DNA of 64,000 nucleotides, from NCBI GenBank assembly GCA_965112155.1, contig OZ218103.1; one strand, 5' to 3'. Positions within the stretch are counted from its first letter, which is position 1, and every line of letters starts with the position of its first letter. The notes below the pieces were generated by a model that saw only the letters and a list, made by a program, of their open reading frames with translations, was not told the origin of the DNA and did not search any database. This DNA comes from Podarcis liolepis. Its lineage: Eukaryota. This document shows positions 1 through 13,286 of the stretch, piece after piece. Position numbers and translations under genes: made by a program.

Positions 1-512
1 ACCTAAAGAGATGGTTGGGGAGCTGCTGGGCTACCAGCTGCAGTTCAAACATGCTGAGGAGGAGAAGATGAGGATTATGAACTTTGAGAAGAACGTGGAT
101 CACTTCACCGTGACTGACCTTTACAAGGGTGCCACCTACATCTTCAAGCTGGCTGCCAAGAATAGGGTTGGTCTTGGGGAGGAGTTTGAAAAAGAAATCA
201 CTACCGCGGAGGAGGCGCCAAGCGGTTTCCCCCAGAACCTGCATGTGGTGGGGCTGACCACCTCCACCACTAAAGTGACTTGGGAGCCTCCACTTCTGGC
301 AGAGAGGAATGGGAAAATGACCAACTACACAGTTGTGTACAGAGACATTAACAGCCAGCAGAACCTGACCAATGTTACGAGGGAAACGAGCATCACTCTG
401 ACCAACCTCAAACCTGACACAACCTATGACATCAAAGTTAGAGCCCACACTAACAAGGGAGCTGGCCCTCTCAGCCCCAGCATTCAGTCTAGGACGATGC
501 CGATGGAACAAG
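1..512 (+). CDS. PTPRF: PTPRF exon, FNIII repeats; 5' end outside the window
   Basis: PKEMVGELLGYQL...LKPDTTYDIKVRAHTNKGAGPLSPSIQSRTMPMEQ; donor G|GTAAGC at 513, phase 1. Confidence 0.95.
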
Positions 513-1135
513 GTAAGCGCCTCCCCTGTGATCAGTTAATGAACCTCTATGGCAGAAAACAGGTCAGAGATGACCTGGTCAGTCTTACCTTCCTGAGCTT
601 ATAATTTTTTGGATGGGGGGGGGGCATAGAGGTTGCATGACTGCATTTGTTTTTTCAAACACATACCCCATTTTCTGTTTCCAGATAAGAATTGTTGCTT
701 TGGTGCAAACTGAACAGGCAGCTTCTGTGAAGAAACAGTGCCTCATAACTGCTACCTTTTGAAGATTGCTGTGTACACACTATACCTTTAAAGTACAATC
801 GGAACACATTATTTTCCTCAAAGAATTCAGGGCACTGTAGTTTACCTCTTGCAGTGTTAAAAATCCTAGCAACCCATAACAAACTACAGGGCCCAGAGAG
901 AGAATATACTTTGAACGTGCTTTAAATATATAGTTTGTACACAGTCTGTGACAAAGAGGGGAAGGTGGCAACACAGTTTGGTCAAAAAGCTTAAGTGTCC
1001 TAAGGTGCGAGAAGGCTTATTGAATCTACAGGAAAACACCAAATTTTGCTGCTACTGAGAAGAGTGGAAGGGAAAGGGTTAGTTGTCCAGTGTTGCCTCA
1101 CGGGGGCCACTCAATAGGATTCTTTCTAATTGCAG

Positions 1136-1233
1136 TGTTCGCAAAGAACTTTCGTGTCAGTGCTGTGATGAAAACATCAGTGCTACTTAGCTGGGAGGTT
1201 CCAGACTCTTACAAATCTGCAGTTCCTTTCAAG
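1136..1233 (+). CDS. PTPRF: PTPRF exon, FNIII
   Basis: ttgcag| [33 protein letters not shown] |gtaagg. Confidence 0.95.
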
Positions 1234-2221
1234 GTAAGGGAATATGTCTGTCACGTATGGGGACCCGATTAATGTGCAGTAAGGAAGAAATTAGAAAGTC
1301 TATCTCAGGGACCTTCAGACCAAGAGTCTTGCTTTCATCAACCCAGTTATGTAAGCTGAGCAACCAAATCCGGAGAAACATCAGGGGCTTGAGTCAGGAT
1401 GTAAGAAGTGTGGACACCCCCTTGTCCTGGGTACCCTCGAGTCCTGACACTTGTTTCCTTTAGTCTAGATCACCAAGCAAGGTAAATCAGCAGGCAAGTC
1501 TTTAGAAATGAGTTAAAAACTGGTACATTTCCAGACCAAACCTCTTGATTCCCTTGACGATTTTGGAGACTCATATATGCCCTTTAAATGTTACTCTAGC
1601 TGTATGGGAATTGGTTTCCCATGAGTCCTGCACGGTGGAGTGAGGAATTCATTCTGGGCACTGGCACAATCTTCTGCTCAGAACAGACTACAATTAGGAG
1701 CCCAAACCCCCTGCATTCCAGGCAAAATGGTTTGATCCTACTGCTGATCATGAAGCATTTTTGTTCAGAACACAGGAAGAATTACGCTTAGGGCAGGATA
1801 GAGATACCTCTAGAACCCAACAGGGCACCATAGTGTGCTGCTCTGCCTGTGGTCGCTAGCAACATGACAGAGATAAGTAAGCACTCGTGACAGCAGGAGA
1901 ATTCTGTGCGGGGAATTTGTTCATAAAAGGCTAGTTCTTTGGACTCGTTCCTAATGCTGTATGGTCAGAGCTGCCTTGGAACCATCATCAAAGCGGTTGC
2001 ATAGTGTGGGCTTCAAAACGTAGTTGCCAGATTTTGCTGACGTAAGCAGAGAGTTGAGAGCAGTTGCTGCCATGGGTTTGCCATGATGAGGCACAGGAGC
2101 AGATGGTGTTAGCGGCTCACTAGCTGAGGAGCAGCCATGCAAACGCAACGGGTGTAAATGAGCTTTCTTCTTCCTGTAGACAGTATTAGATGTCCAGGCC
2201 ATGCACAAGTGCCAACAGAGT

Positions 2222-2251
2222 AGCTGGCCCAGGAGCAGCTGGCCCAGGAGC
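2222..2251. repeat. 15-bp tandem duplication
   Basis: agctggcccaggagc x2. Confidence 0.85.
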
Positions 2252-3343
2252 AGCAGCAACTTTGCAAACAGGACACTCCCCCACCCACCTGTGCTGAGCT
2301 GCTTAATTCAAGTGTACAGGATGCCAGGCCAAAGCCTAATAATCTAACGAGCACTGCTGATAAGTCTCCATGGGAACAATTAGCATTATCTACACTTGAT
2401 AAACAGTCTCGCACTAAATCTACATCCCAAAGGGTGTCCTCTTTCTCTTTAACAGATTTAATTAAGGCAGATATTGTTATGATTTGTGAACACTGAGGCG
2501 CAGGCTAAATATCATGGTATTATTTATTGGGAATGAACCGAGACCTCTGAAATTCCTTCACTGAAAAATCAACAACAGGGCTTTCAGTTCTCCTCAGAGA
2601 AGAGCCGTTGCTTCATCTGGTCCAGGAGATAAAACTCCCTGCAAAGAGATGACTGGTCCTGTGAAGTGAGTGAGAAGTGATGTTATGGTGAGATTCCTGC
2701 TGCAATCAGAACCTGACACTGTCCCTGATCTAAGAGAGCTGCTTCCCTGCCTGTGTTTGATGCTAGAAATGGATTTTAAATGAACGCTGTGTTGGGGAAT
2801 GAGAACTGATCATGAGACATTTTCATGAGGGCATAGGCAGAATGTTTTCAGACTAGTAGCCCTGGCTTCCACCTCCTAATATTGTACCTTGACAGATTTT
2901 TAGTAACAGATTCATTTTGCAGGCTACTTTAGCTTTTCTGACACAGTAACTTACATCATTGTTGCCTAACTCCAGAAGGCCCAGCAAGTAAGGAGGAGCC
3001 AAGCAGCCATCTCTACCCTAGATAACCGTACCACCGCACTCCTTACTCCCGAATGGACGACAGAAAAAGTTGCAATAGTTATGGGAGCTAGGGACCTTAT
3101 CTTTCTTCCTACCCACATGTGCAGACCAACAGAGCTGGGAGAAGGCAGCACCAACTCTTATTTCTACATGGGGGTTCATGTTCTCAGATTTGGTATAGTC
3201 ACGCTTATCAACAGGTCAGCTTGTTTGGTACCTTACACAAAGAAAAAAAAGACCCAAACCAGGAAGAGGAGTTTTGGAAAGAACTTCATCCAACCCTTTT
3301 CCTATCAGTTTGGGCTGAATCAACTGTTTCCCTCTGCTTACAG

Positions 3344-3597
3344 ATTCTGTACAATGGCCAGACTGTGGAGGTGGATGGCCACTCCATGAGGAAGCTGATT
3401 AATAACCTGCAGCCAGACACAAATTATTCCTTTGCACTCACAAACCGGGGAAGTAGCGCAGGAGCCTTGCAGCACCGAGTCTTCATCCGGACAGCACCTG
3501 ATGTCATCCAGAGCAAGCCCATTTCCACATACAAATACATCCATAATGGGCAGTTCACTCTGACTCTTCCCAAAGTGCAGACCTCTGTGCCAGTCAG
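3344..3597 (+). CDS. PTPRF: PTPRF exon, last FNIII repeat
   Basis: ttacag| ILYNGQTVEVDGHSMRKLINNLQPDTNYSF...QTSVPV(R) |gtacgt; 254 nt, ends phase 2. Confidence 0.95.
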
Positions 3598-4401
3598 GTA
3601 CGTTTCTACTTTATTTATTTTTTATTTATGATGCTATCATAGGAAAACATGGTGTTGTACAGTTGGGGAAGGGTCTCCTGAGTCCCTGCAGAGTTTTGGT
3701 GGTTTTGCACAGGTAATAAGGGTGGTATTGAACTGTATTGGATTTCATAGATCATGATAATGGTGTAAATCCACCTACAACATGTTAAAAATGGTTCCCA
3801 ATAGCAAGAGGTTACTAAAAATATATGAGCACCCTGTGCAGCAGCCTTACCTGATCTGATGTTTTGAACTACAACTCCCAGCTGGCATGGTCGATGGACA
3901 AAGGTATCAGAGCTGTAGCCCAAAACATCTGGAAGGCACTAGGTTGGGCAAGGGCGATGTGCAGGATGTGATCAGGGTTCTGGATCTGGGCTACCATTTT
4001 TACATATTATAACCTGCTCCTCTCAGTCACCTATCATTATATGAAAAATAGGGAGTCATAATCCCCATCATTCATCTGAAAGGGCCCAGGATGTACTTTC
4101 CACACTGCTGCACAGTTACTTTAAATAATGTATGTAAATCCTAATAGGAAGCTTGTGGAAGTCTCATTTGTGTTTTTGATCTTCCACCACTGAAAAAGGA
4201 ACCAGATTATAGAGCTGTGCTTTCCCAGTTTCGGACACTATCACTTAGAAGCTGGCCTGGTGACTTTTATTAACCTAATACATGCCAGCAGGCTACAGCC
4301 CGTGTCTCTGGGAAGTTCAAAGGAGGGAGTTGCAGGGCTTTCATGGAGAGCATCCCTCTGTTTGAAGTAGAGCTCACTTATTCCCCTCTCTTGTTCCCCA
4401 G

Positions 4402-4492
4402 GTGGTACTACATCGTGGTTGTGCCGATAGACCACACAAGCAACCTAGTTGGCTCCAGATTGACGAGCCCAGATGATATGGGACTAGACCAG
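4402..4492 (+). CDS. PTPRF: PTPRF exon, membrane-proximal ectodomain
   Basis: ccccag| WYYIVVVPIDHTSNLVGSRLTSPDDMGLDQ |gtagga; 91 nt. Confidence 0.93.
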
Positions 4493-6313
4493 GTAGGAGA
4501 AGGCCAAAACTTGTTTCCACTTGTTTTGAAGGGGGTAAGGGAAACAGATGTTCAAGAAACTAGCCCACACATATGAAATAATTTGGGAGAGTATATGAGC
4601 AGCGTTAACCATCCTGTCATACTGGAGATAATGGCAAAGGACCTGGGGTTTCGGAAACTTTGCCTATGTGGGATAATTCCCACATTTGATAGCTTAATTT
4701 GGAGGTGCCATCTTCTGCCATCCTGAAGTCATCAAGTTCCTCAAATACCCATGATATCCATATTTATCTTTAACCAGCTCTCAAAATTGCCTGTGAAGCT
4801 TACTGGTCCAGTGAAAGAGGTCACTGAAGTGTGATTGCCCATGGACTTGTTGCATGTATGGATCACACCACGCCTCCTTCTGCCCTCAGGTTCTGTTGTA
4901 TAATTTATATGCAAAACAAGATGTAGGAAGCAGAGGTCCCCATTGGGATGGGTAAGGCAGAAGGCAGGGAGCCCAAACTGTACTTGGAGTCGGAGCCAGT
5001 GACAGGCAGAGTCACTTAATTCTCCCTGCTGAGTTTTGCAAGGGAAACACTGAGACTTAAGAAAGAGAAAACTGGCAGTCAGTGCCACCCCCTACACTGG
5101 ATGTAAATAAGAAGCCAGGCAAGTGGGGGCTTACCAAGGGGAGCAGTGCCCCAATTTGCCCCAATAGATCAGTTTCCACTGGTAAAAACTGAAGCTTGGA
5201 TAAGACTGTGTGCACACACACATCTTTGTGTTGCACACATTAGTTAGGATGCAGAGAAGCTGTGGTTGGAGGGCAGGGATGCCATTTTGTTAAGGTCACA
5301 AGCCAGCACCCCCCTTCCCTGAAATAATGGCATGGTTCTGTGTGGTCTCTGTTTTCTTCCTGGCACCACCATTGCTCTAATGCTTCATCTCTGCCCTAAC
5401 ACATTTTTGTGTGAAATGTATTTCATGCCTCCTCCTTCATTTTAAATTAGAATTTCTGTTCAGAGCCTAGCATTCATTTTTATTCATTAGAAAAACATCT
5501 TTAAACATCTGAGAGCTTTTCTGAGCAATGTAATTGAATTTTGGTGTGTTTATATCCTTTTTTCTTGAGTTTGTGGATGACTATGAAATTTGCCATTTTT
5601 TCCTCTCTCTGAACATTCCATGTTAGCACTGTGTGTGATTTATACAAAGTCTTGCTGCAGCCCAGCAGGATGTGGTGGGGGTGGTGAGCTCTGCGTACAG
5701 ATTTTGTCCGTTTTAGTGTAAGCTACAAAGTGTGTTTGCAGAGTGGCAGAAATCTGTGTCAAAGCCTGTGGAATTTTTGCCTATCTCTAAAAGTTCAAAT
5801 TGCTGGGCATCTAAAGATGCATATGTGGACTGTGTGGCCTGTTCTCTGCTACTCCTGCTGCTCCACCGTCAAAGAGAAACACATATTTTAAAATGATTTC
5901 CCTTGAGATGTTGAGGGGTATAAACTTTATAAAAATGGTACACTATTTTTCACAAAACTTGTGCCCAGTGTAGGTTATGATGAATACAAACAAAACATGC
6001 ATAAGAATGTGAACAGAGCCCTGCTGGGTCAGACCAGGGGTCCATTGTGTCCTGCTTCCTGTTTTCACAGTCATCCACCATAAACCCAGGACAACACTTG
6101 GTTCCAGCAACTTAATTAACTGTTCTGTTAAGGAAGTAGGTGTACATTCATTGAGTTCTAGAGAAAGCCTTTGGGAATGCACTAGAGTAATGAATACCTG
6201 GACCTCCCTGGTATTTTTTGTCACCTGGCTTACAGGTTTTCCTCATGGAAATGTAGAGTCACCTTGGTAAATAGCATTGCTCTCTCTCACGCTAGCTTCC
6301 TTTTGCTACCCAG

Positions 6314-6526
6314 CTACTTGAGGCCATGAACCAAGGGGACCCAAGCAGGCGCCAGCGACGTCAGGCAGAGCGGCTCAAGCCTTATATTGCTGCCCAAATG
6401 GATGATCTGCCAGAGACCTTTGTCTTGGGGGACCAGAAGAGCTATCAAGGCTTTTACAATAAGCCCCTTTCAGAAGACTTGAGCTACCGTTGTTTTGTGC
6501 TGGCTTCACTGGAGGATGGGGATACG
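6314..6526 (+). CDS. PTPRF: PTPRF exon with furin-type cleavage site RRQRR (6347-6361)
   Basis: acccag| LLEAMNQGDPSRRQRRQAERLKPYIAAQ...CFVLASLEDGDT |gtaagg; 213 nt. Confidence 0.94.
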
Positions 6527-8667
6527 GTAAGGACCACTAGAAGCGAAGGGACTGTGTGCTGCCTAAGACAGCCATTCCAGAGATGGCATTAGGGAAGCTT
6601 TGTCACAGTGGAACTTTGCTCTGCAAAGCTTAAGCTAATAAAATCAGATGTATAAAACAACTCAGAATCTCCTTCCCCTTCTCCATGCCTCTCTTGCCGG
6701 GTGCCTTGCAGTCCATAGGAAGAAAATAGATTATCTGCCCCACTCTCTGTGCTTCTTCACTTTCCACACCCCTGTAATCTTTAGGATTATCCATTGTTCC
6801 AAGCCAGAATGAATAAGGGAGGGGAAATGGTGGATAATGCCATTGCTTCTGCAAATGTGTAAATAATGTCCACCCATAATGAAGATACTCAAGCCCTTCT
6901 GCTCCGTCCCATGCTGGGTCTCTCACTTTCAGCCTCATTTACTTGTAATGGCTCATTAGAGCTGGTCAAATGCTTCATTACTCTTCTGGTCTGAGCACTT
7001 GTGTGGCGGACATAGGAAACATGCAGGCAGGAGAATAGAGGCCGCAGAGCAGGCGGAGAAGGTGCCCTTGTGCCACAAGGTTGGGTACTGCATGTACAAG
7101 AGTGAATGTGCACAAGAGCACTTTGGCTAGCAGAGCAAACTCTCCAAGCAACTGGTTTTATTTTGTGGTGCAACTGCAGCTGCCCTCTACATAAGATCTG
7201 CTGCCCTCACAAAGTTCTCTGCCAGTTCTTTCTGAAACCTGTGCCAGGTTGTGAGCTCCAGCTTGGCACTCAACTCAGTCGTCGTGTTCTTAAACTAGAG
7301 GAATGAAGCCACAACATCATAAATGGCTGTTGCTGAAAGAACGATTGCAGAGCCACAGATTACTTTGTCATTTAGCACTTTATCAGTCTTGTTTCATTTA
7401 TCACTGCATTATTCTGCATTTCATTTCCCTGTGACTTCATTGGTTACAGCCCCCTCCATGTCCCTAGGCATGTGTATATATACATATACCTGTAATTCAG
7501 AGTAACACATCATGCATCTAATGGTCTGTAGTTCACAAAAGCTATGCCACAGTGAATTTATTAGTCTTTAAGGCACCACAAATACCTTCCTAGTTTTTGC
7601 TGCCCCCTGGAATTCAACATTTATTGTTTTGTTTCCCCAAGAAGTGTCAGAAATTTAGTTCTAATCTTAGAACTTGGGGAACGTATAGTTATTTCTCAGT
7701 AATGTGAAAATGGACTCTAGAATATTATTTTTTACTATTCTGCATGTTCTAGGACTTAGCCCTGCCACTGAACCAGGTTCCAGAGACAAAATGTGGCTCA
7801 AATTAAGCCAGGCAGGTGTTTCCTGCTGAGCATCCACAAAAGCAGCTGCTATGGGCACGTTTTCTCTGTGTTTCAGAGAAGAGGCTATTTAAGATCTCCG
7901 CTTTCAGACTGGCAGAATTTGGTCAACAGGCATCTCCGCAGGGGCTAAAAGTGAGACCAGTGTACGCCTCTACCTTGAGCAGGGCAACAGGAAGCCTCCA
8001 CTAGAAAAGAGAACATGGTCCTCCCTGAACATATGTCTTCTGGCAGGCATTAAAAAAAAGATATAAGCATAGCATGTATTGGAACAGAGCCAGCCAATTT
8101 TGTATTGCTTTTTTGGTAGCAACTTGCCAGTCCCTTGTATGACTTGGAAGCCTTTGCATGTTAGAAGCCCCATGTGAATCCTGCTGTATTCGGGGCTTAT
8201 GCTAGAGCTTCAAGGACAGCCATGAGTTAGTCTGCTGTTCAGTGTGGAACATAATGCCCAGTGGGTGTTCCTTGACATATAACCCCCCAGGGTGATGTGT
8301 TTATAACGGCATAATAGGTATTATAAACCACTTAGTCACTACCCGCCAGGCCTGATGCTCAATTGGCTGCATCTCCAAAGCCTATAATTTGGATCTTCGT
8401 GTGTCTGAGGCTGGCAACTTGTTCTCAGCTGGACCATTCCTTTCTGGCACTGAGGGAGGCCACTTTCTAGCTGATGTGGTTCTGAATGTTCCATTACTGT
8501 GGAGAGGAGGTTTGTTTTCACGATGTCTGTTACTTCCCTGGGTGCTCATGAGGAAAATTGCAGGTGGGCAGCTTGGGGCTATTGTACCAAGGGACAACTC
8601 AGAATTAAGCAAGGAAGAGACCTGATCAGTGATCTTTGTCTGCTCTCCTCTCTCTCAAACTCACCAG

Positions 8668-8819
8668 AAGAAGTATGCAGCCAGCCCCTACTCAGATGAG
8701 ATTGTGATGGAGGTTTCAGCAAAACAGCAGGATGAACCAGAGATGCTGTGGGTGATGGGGCCTGTCCTGGCTGTCATCTTAATCATCATCATTGTCATTG
8801 CTATCCTGCTCTTCAAAAG
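8668..8819 (+). CDS. PTPRF: PTPRF transmembrane exon
   Basis: caccag| KKYAASPYSDEIV...EPEMLWVMGPVLAVILIIIIVIAILLFK(R/S) |gtgagc; hydrophobic helix, ends phase 2. Confidence 0.95.
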
Positions 8820-9592
8820 GTGAGCACACGCCTATGCCCGTGCAATGTGGTGGTGTCCATGGTGCAGTATTGAGCCAAGCTCAAGAACATTTACAGTGAG
8901 CAAACTATATGATAAATCCAAGGACACTGTCTCTTCTGGGGGATGTGGTCTGAACCTTCCTGAAGGTGTTTCTCAATGGAGCCTGCAAAACAGTGCTATG
9001 TAAGGCAAGCCCTAGGAAGGGGAGCATGGGATCACATTCAGTGGTTTCTGTATTTCATTTTGTGCTGGGAAGGTATATACTGGAAGTGAACTGGGGCTGT
9101 GTCAGTGCCAGATGAACTGTGAAGCCATAGGACATGGCTTCTGCTTAGTGGTCCTAGGGTGATGACCTGGATCACCATGCCTCAGATTAAGTAAAAGGCT
9201 CTGGCCAACAAATGCCTACATCCCTTGGTTTATTCAGAGGCCTGGTGCTTTTCCCCAAGTCTTCTTGGCTCCGAGAATGAACCCTCCATGTGGTAACAGG
9301 GACCCTGTTCCAGAGATTTGTCCTCAGCCTAGTCATAGGTGTTCTGATCCATGATCTGGGACGTGGGTGTCAAGTGCTTGGGCTGTTAAAAGAAGCAGGA
9401 GCTGCTCATTTGGTTACAGGGAGTGCTTACTCTCCCATCTTTGCTCTGGGAAGCTGTCATCATTTTTCTCCAACTAAATGTGCATAATAACACCAAGAGG
9501 GGAGGTGACTTTGGGTTATTGCATGCACAATTAGTACCTTTTTGTAACCTGGATTTCCTCTTTTTTTCTATTTCTGCTGTCCCTGGATCTAG

Positions 9593-9604
9593 CAAACAAG
9601 AAAG
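9593..9604 (+). CDS. PTPRF: PTPRF alternative 12-nt juxtamembrane microexon (adds SKQE)
   Basis: Long polypyrimidine tract, then tctag|CAAACAAGAAAG|gtagac. Phase 2-2, giving LLFK-SKQE-RKRANS. Same position as the recalled K-P-D-type insert of PTPRS/PTPRD. Confidence 0.75.
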
Positions 9605-11180
9605 GTAGACATCTGCCCTCCTCCCCCCACCCTTACTAATCCTTTGCTTTGTCTGTTTCACATCCACTGTTTCATCTTGTTAAAAACAGTAAGCATAAGT
9701 CTTCCTATCCAGACTAATCTGGCTTTTGGATATTGCTCTGCCTACCTAGCCATTGTGGTGTCCTAAACTCCTTTAACCTTCTCTTGCTGTTATATTTAAA
9801 TAAATGGCTTCACAAGTAAGGTGTGACAGAGTTTTAGAAAATTCCTTTTCAGTGCATTTGGTGTTCCAGGATTTGTGGGGTTATTTGCCCCCTATATTGA
9901 TCAAGGATGTGACATTACCATGAGCTGACTCTAGTTCCTTGGCATAATCAGCATGCTCTATAAACCAGTTAATAAGGCCTTGCTCTGAGCTGTTCCCTTT
10001 TCAGTGTCACTGTGTGTGTCCTACAAAGGTCTCCCACTGCTTGCTGACTTTGGTGTCTAGCTGATTCTTAGTAAATCTGGAAGTAATGCTGTTACAACAG
10101 AGTGACACTGACTTTCAGCAGGAGGCAGGAACCAAAGCAAAGTCTTAGGCTTATTTCAACAATGGTCCCCTTTGGTGATAAATTCAAGTTGATGCAGGGC
10201 TCTTATTTCAGATGTTGTAATGTGGTGGCTGCTTTATAAATGACTCCCCACTTCATGCATGCATGTGCATACAGCTGAACAAACTTTTGTTTTCTCCCCT
10301 CACAGCACAGAGAGCTCGTGAGGCACCATGCTAATTGTGGCAATTTCTCCCTTCTAACAAATAGAGTTGTGCCGTCAGGCAAAGTAAAAAAATCCTTTGC
10401 AGGGTGCTATCAACAGTGTCTCCAGGTTAATCAGAAGTGCTTTGGGCTTCTGATGTGTTTGAAAGAGCAACAGATACACACACCTCTCTGCTGAATTGCC
10501 TGCAGGATTGCAGCACAGTGCTCCTTAATACCAGGCTGGGGTGTTTGTTTCTGTTGAATACCCCCTCCCCGTGGCTTAGTTACCCCAGAAAACACATTGC
10601 AACTTTAAGAGGCAGCACCATATGAGGTTTTTTGGTTTAATGGTAGCCACTGGACATCACTGATAACTCTTCTTGTCATGCCAAAATTTCCTGTAAATGT
10701 CTCCCATTTAATCACTGAGCAGGTTCATCTCTGCTTAGCTAGTGAAATCTACTAGGATAAGAGCCTAGGGTGGTGGAGCTGCAGGCATAAATATAGCATG
10801 AAGAGACAACAGTGTATTTTATTGTTCCATTAACACACGTCTGGGGGGCCTTCAGCCACTCAAGACAAGTATTAATGGACCAATAAAATTCACCCTGAAG
10901 AGCCCTTACCCTATTATATTACAACTCTTCACATTTTAAATAATTTTTTTAATACTTGGCAAAATCTTAAGTATATTCATCCACCACAGGAAATAGTTCC
11001 CAACACTGGTGTGTGGAAGATGGAAGTGGAACTGGAGATTTTGTAAGCCTGTGTCTGGCTCTGGGGAGCCCCCTTACAGCTAGGTGCATTATTGAGTCTG
11101 CTACAGGGTCATCTTGAAGCTCTCTGCCATTTGGTCCATGCCCAGATCTACCTTCTGAGCTGCGCCTTCTCTTCCTTTAG

Positions 11181-11296
11181 GAAAAGGGCCAATTCACCCT
11201 CCGCCAAGGATGAACATTCCATTGGCCTGAAGGACTCCTTGCTGGCCCATTCCTCTGATCCTGTTGAAATGAGGCGACTCAACTACCAAACACCAG
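11181..11296 (+). CDS. PTPRF: PTPRF juxtamembrane exon
   Basis: ctttag| RKRANSPSAKDEHSIGLKDSLLAHSSDPVEMRRLNYQTP |gtaggt; 116 nt. Confidence 0.95.
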
Positions 11297-13253
11297 GTAG
11301 GTACCACTTGACGGCCCCACAGAGGCCCGTGCTCCTTTTACTGGCAGAAGTTTGTGATAAGAGAGCCTCTTCTTCCCTTTGCAGTGTTGTGTGCACCTTC
11401 TCAGGCTAGGTTCAGAGTGCCAGTGTATATCTGACATTGGCAACAGTCAGAATGGGGATGGCAGGCTTTCTGTTGGCTCAATAGCCTGACCATACATGCA
11501 TCACAAGGTGCTGGAAGGCATAGCGTGACAAAGAACAGGCTCTAATGGAGCCCTTGTCATGATTTATCTTATATTCCATAGATAACACTCAGTTTTTTGG
11601 CCCACATCGTGCTTTCCAGATATGGTCTCAAAATTAGCCAGCAAAAGGAAAGTCCAACATGCCAGTAGGTCCACTGTCAAGTAGCAGGTAGGCAGGTTCA
11701 TGATTCAGCTCCTGCAGTGCTTCCAACTCTTAAGGTACGTTGCAGTTGTAATAGATGCTGCTTAGCTGTGTCAGCAAAACAATCTGTCTTCAACAGAGTC
11801 TATTTCCTAGATTTCTTGCTTTGTGGAGGGCCTCACATCCTCATCTGAGGCAGGATGTGGTTTGCATTCTATTGTGTTAGAGTTGAAGCAACCTATTACT
11901 TCCTTATTTAGATTGTGGGATTCATGAAGGCTATTGAATGATGTTAGTGGTCAGTGGGGGCTTCTAGCTCAGTACACCCAGACTCTACCTAGCAAGATGT
12001 GACCTGTATTCCTTTTCCTCAAAACTATTTGTCCTCCTATAATAGATTTTGGGGGGAAAGCAGTTGCAGGAAGGGAATTGGAAGTTGTGCCCTGTGACTA
12101 TGTGCAGCGCTGCTCTCTTGTCTCTCTCTCTAGGCTTGAGTCCTTTACCTCATACTGCCTTGCAGATGGGTCAGAGGACGGGGGCTTTTGTGGGTTGTAC
12201 GCACACAGCTTGTAGAATTGGGAGCACGACCCACCCTATTAGTGTAAAGTCATTATTCCACCAGATGGTTTGCAGAGTCCAACATGACAGGAGAGTTAGA
12301 GGTCTAGTCCAGAGGGGTCACAGAGAGAAGATAAGAGGCATGGACATGGTGCAGAGTTGTATGTGCTAACAAGGGATGTTGCACAAAAGGGAAGCTTGAC
12401 AAAAGAAAGCGAGTTAGCCTCATAGTGTATACGCAATCCCCCCCCCCATATTCTCAGGTGTGACCATACTTGCTGAGCTGCTAGCTTGAGCTTTTGCACC
12501 CTTTTATCTTCTCAGGTGCCCAGTAGGGAACAATCAGTGTACAAAAAAAGTTCTGGTATTATTGTTTCAGTCTGAGACACTTAGTTGCCTCCACCTATCC
12601 TCACCCTCTTCTGTGATGGATGGATGCCTTCTGTGGGCCAGACAGCAGCAACTAAACCCTGAGCAGTCTCATAGTTGATATCCCTTCTGGCAAATGTAGA
12701 GGCAGGAAAGGCCTTGCTCAGTACATAATTAATCAAGCTGCTGTTATTAAATATTAAGCTTATCACTTTAATAGTTTCCACTTCAGACACAGGTTCTTGC
12801 GTGAATTGTCAGCTCCTTTGTTCTCATGTTCCATTTTGCAGACTTGTGGCAGGTCAGGCAGGGTGATGTCGCTACTAAGCGATTGGGTGAATTTTGACTA
12901 CACCTTGGTTCCAAGGCTCTGCTGCTGTCTCATGTAGGAGGGAAGCATGGTCTTGGAAAGCAGCATGTGCTGGGAATAGGAACTCTGTTTCCTGGCCAAT
13001 AAGCAAAGCCATCTATCATGTCTGTTGTGGGGAAATCCTCTTTGTGAAATAATCCTGGTTGTACTTGGTGCTTGTCTTAATACATCACCCTCCATGCTGC
13101 CACATGTGTAGCAAGCATCAAGCTGCAATTCCCATCCCTAAATGTAGGAATGTGAAGATTGTTGTGGGGATTTTTGTGTTGCCCTTTGACCCTCCTCTGT
13201 CGCATCTTTAACTCTTCCCTCAGCAACAGCTAATGGGATTTCTGTTCTTTCAG

Positions 13254-13286
13254 GTGCCAGTGGCCCCAGTTGCCCGAATATCTCAA
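13254..13286 (+). CDS. PTPRF: PTPRF alternative 33-nt exon (LASE-a-like; ASGPSCPNISS)
   Basis: tttcag|GTGCCAGTGGCCCCAGTTGCCCGAATATCTCAA|gttagt. Phase 1-1; resembles the recalled mammalian LAR insert SSAPSCPNISS. Confidence 0.85.

Noticed and set aside
3119-3343. N-terminal extensions of ORF-track proteins overlapping PTPRF exons (also 42504-42653)
   Set aside because: Intronic read-through up to clear pyrimidine-tract/AG acceptors; similarity to PTPRF begins exactly at the splice sites.
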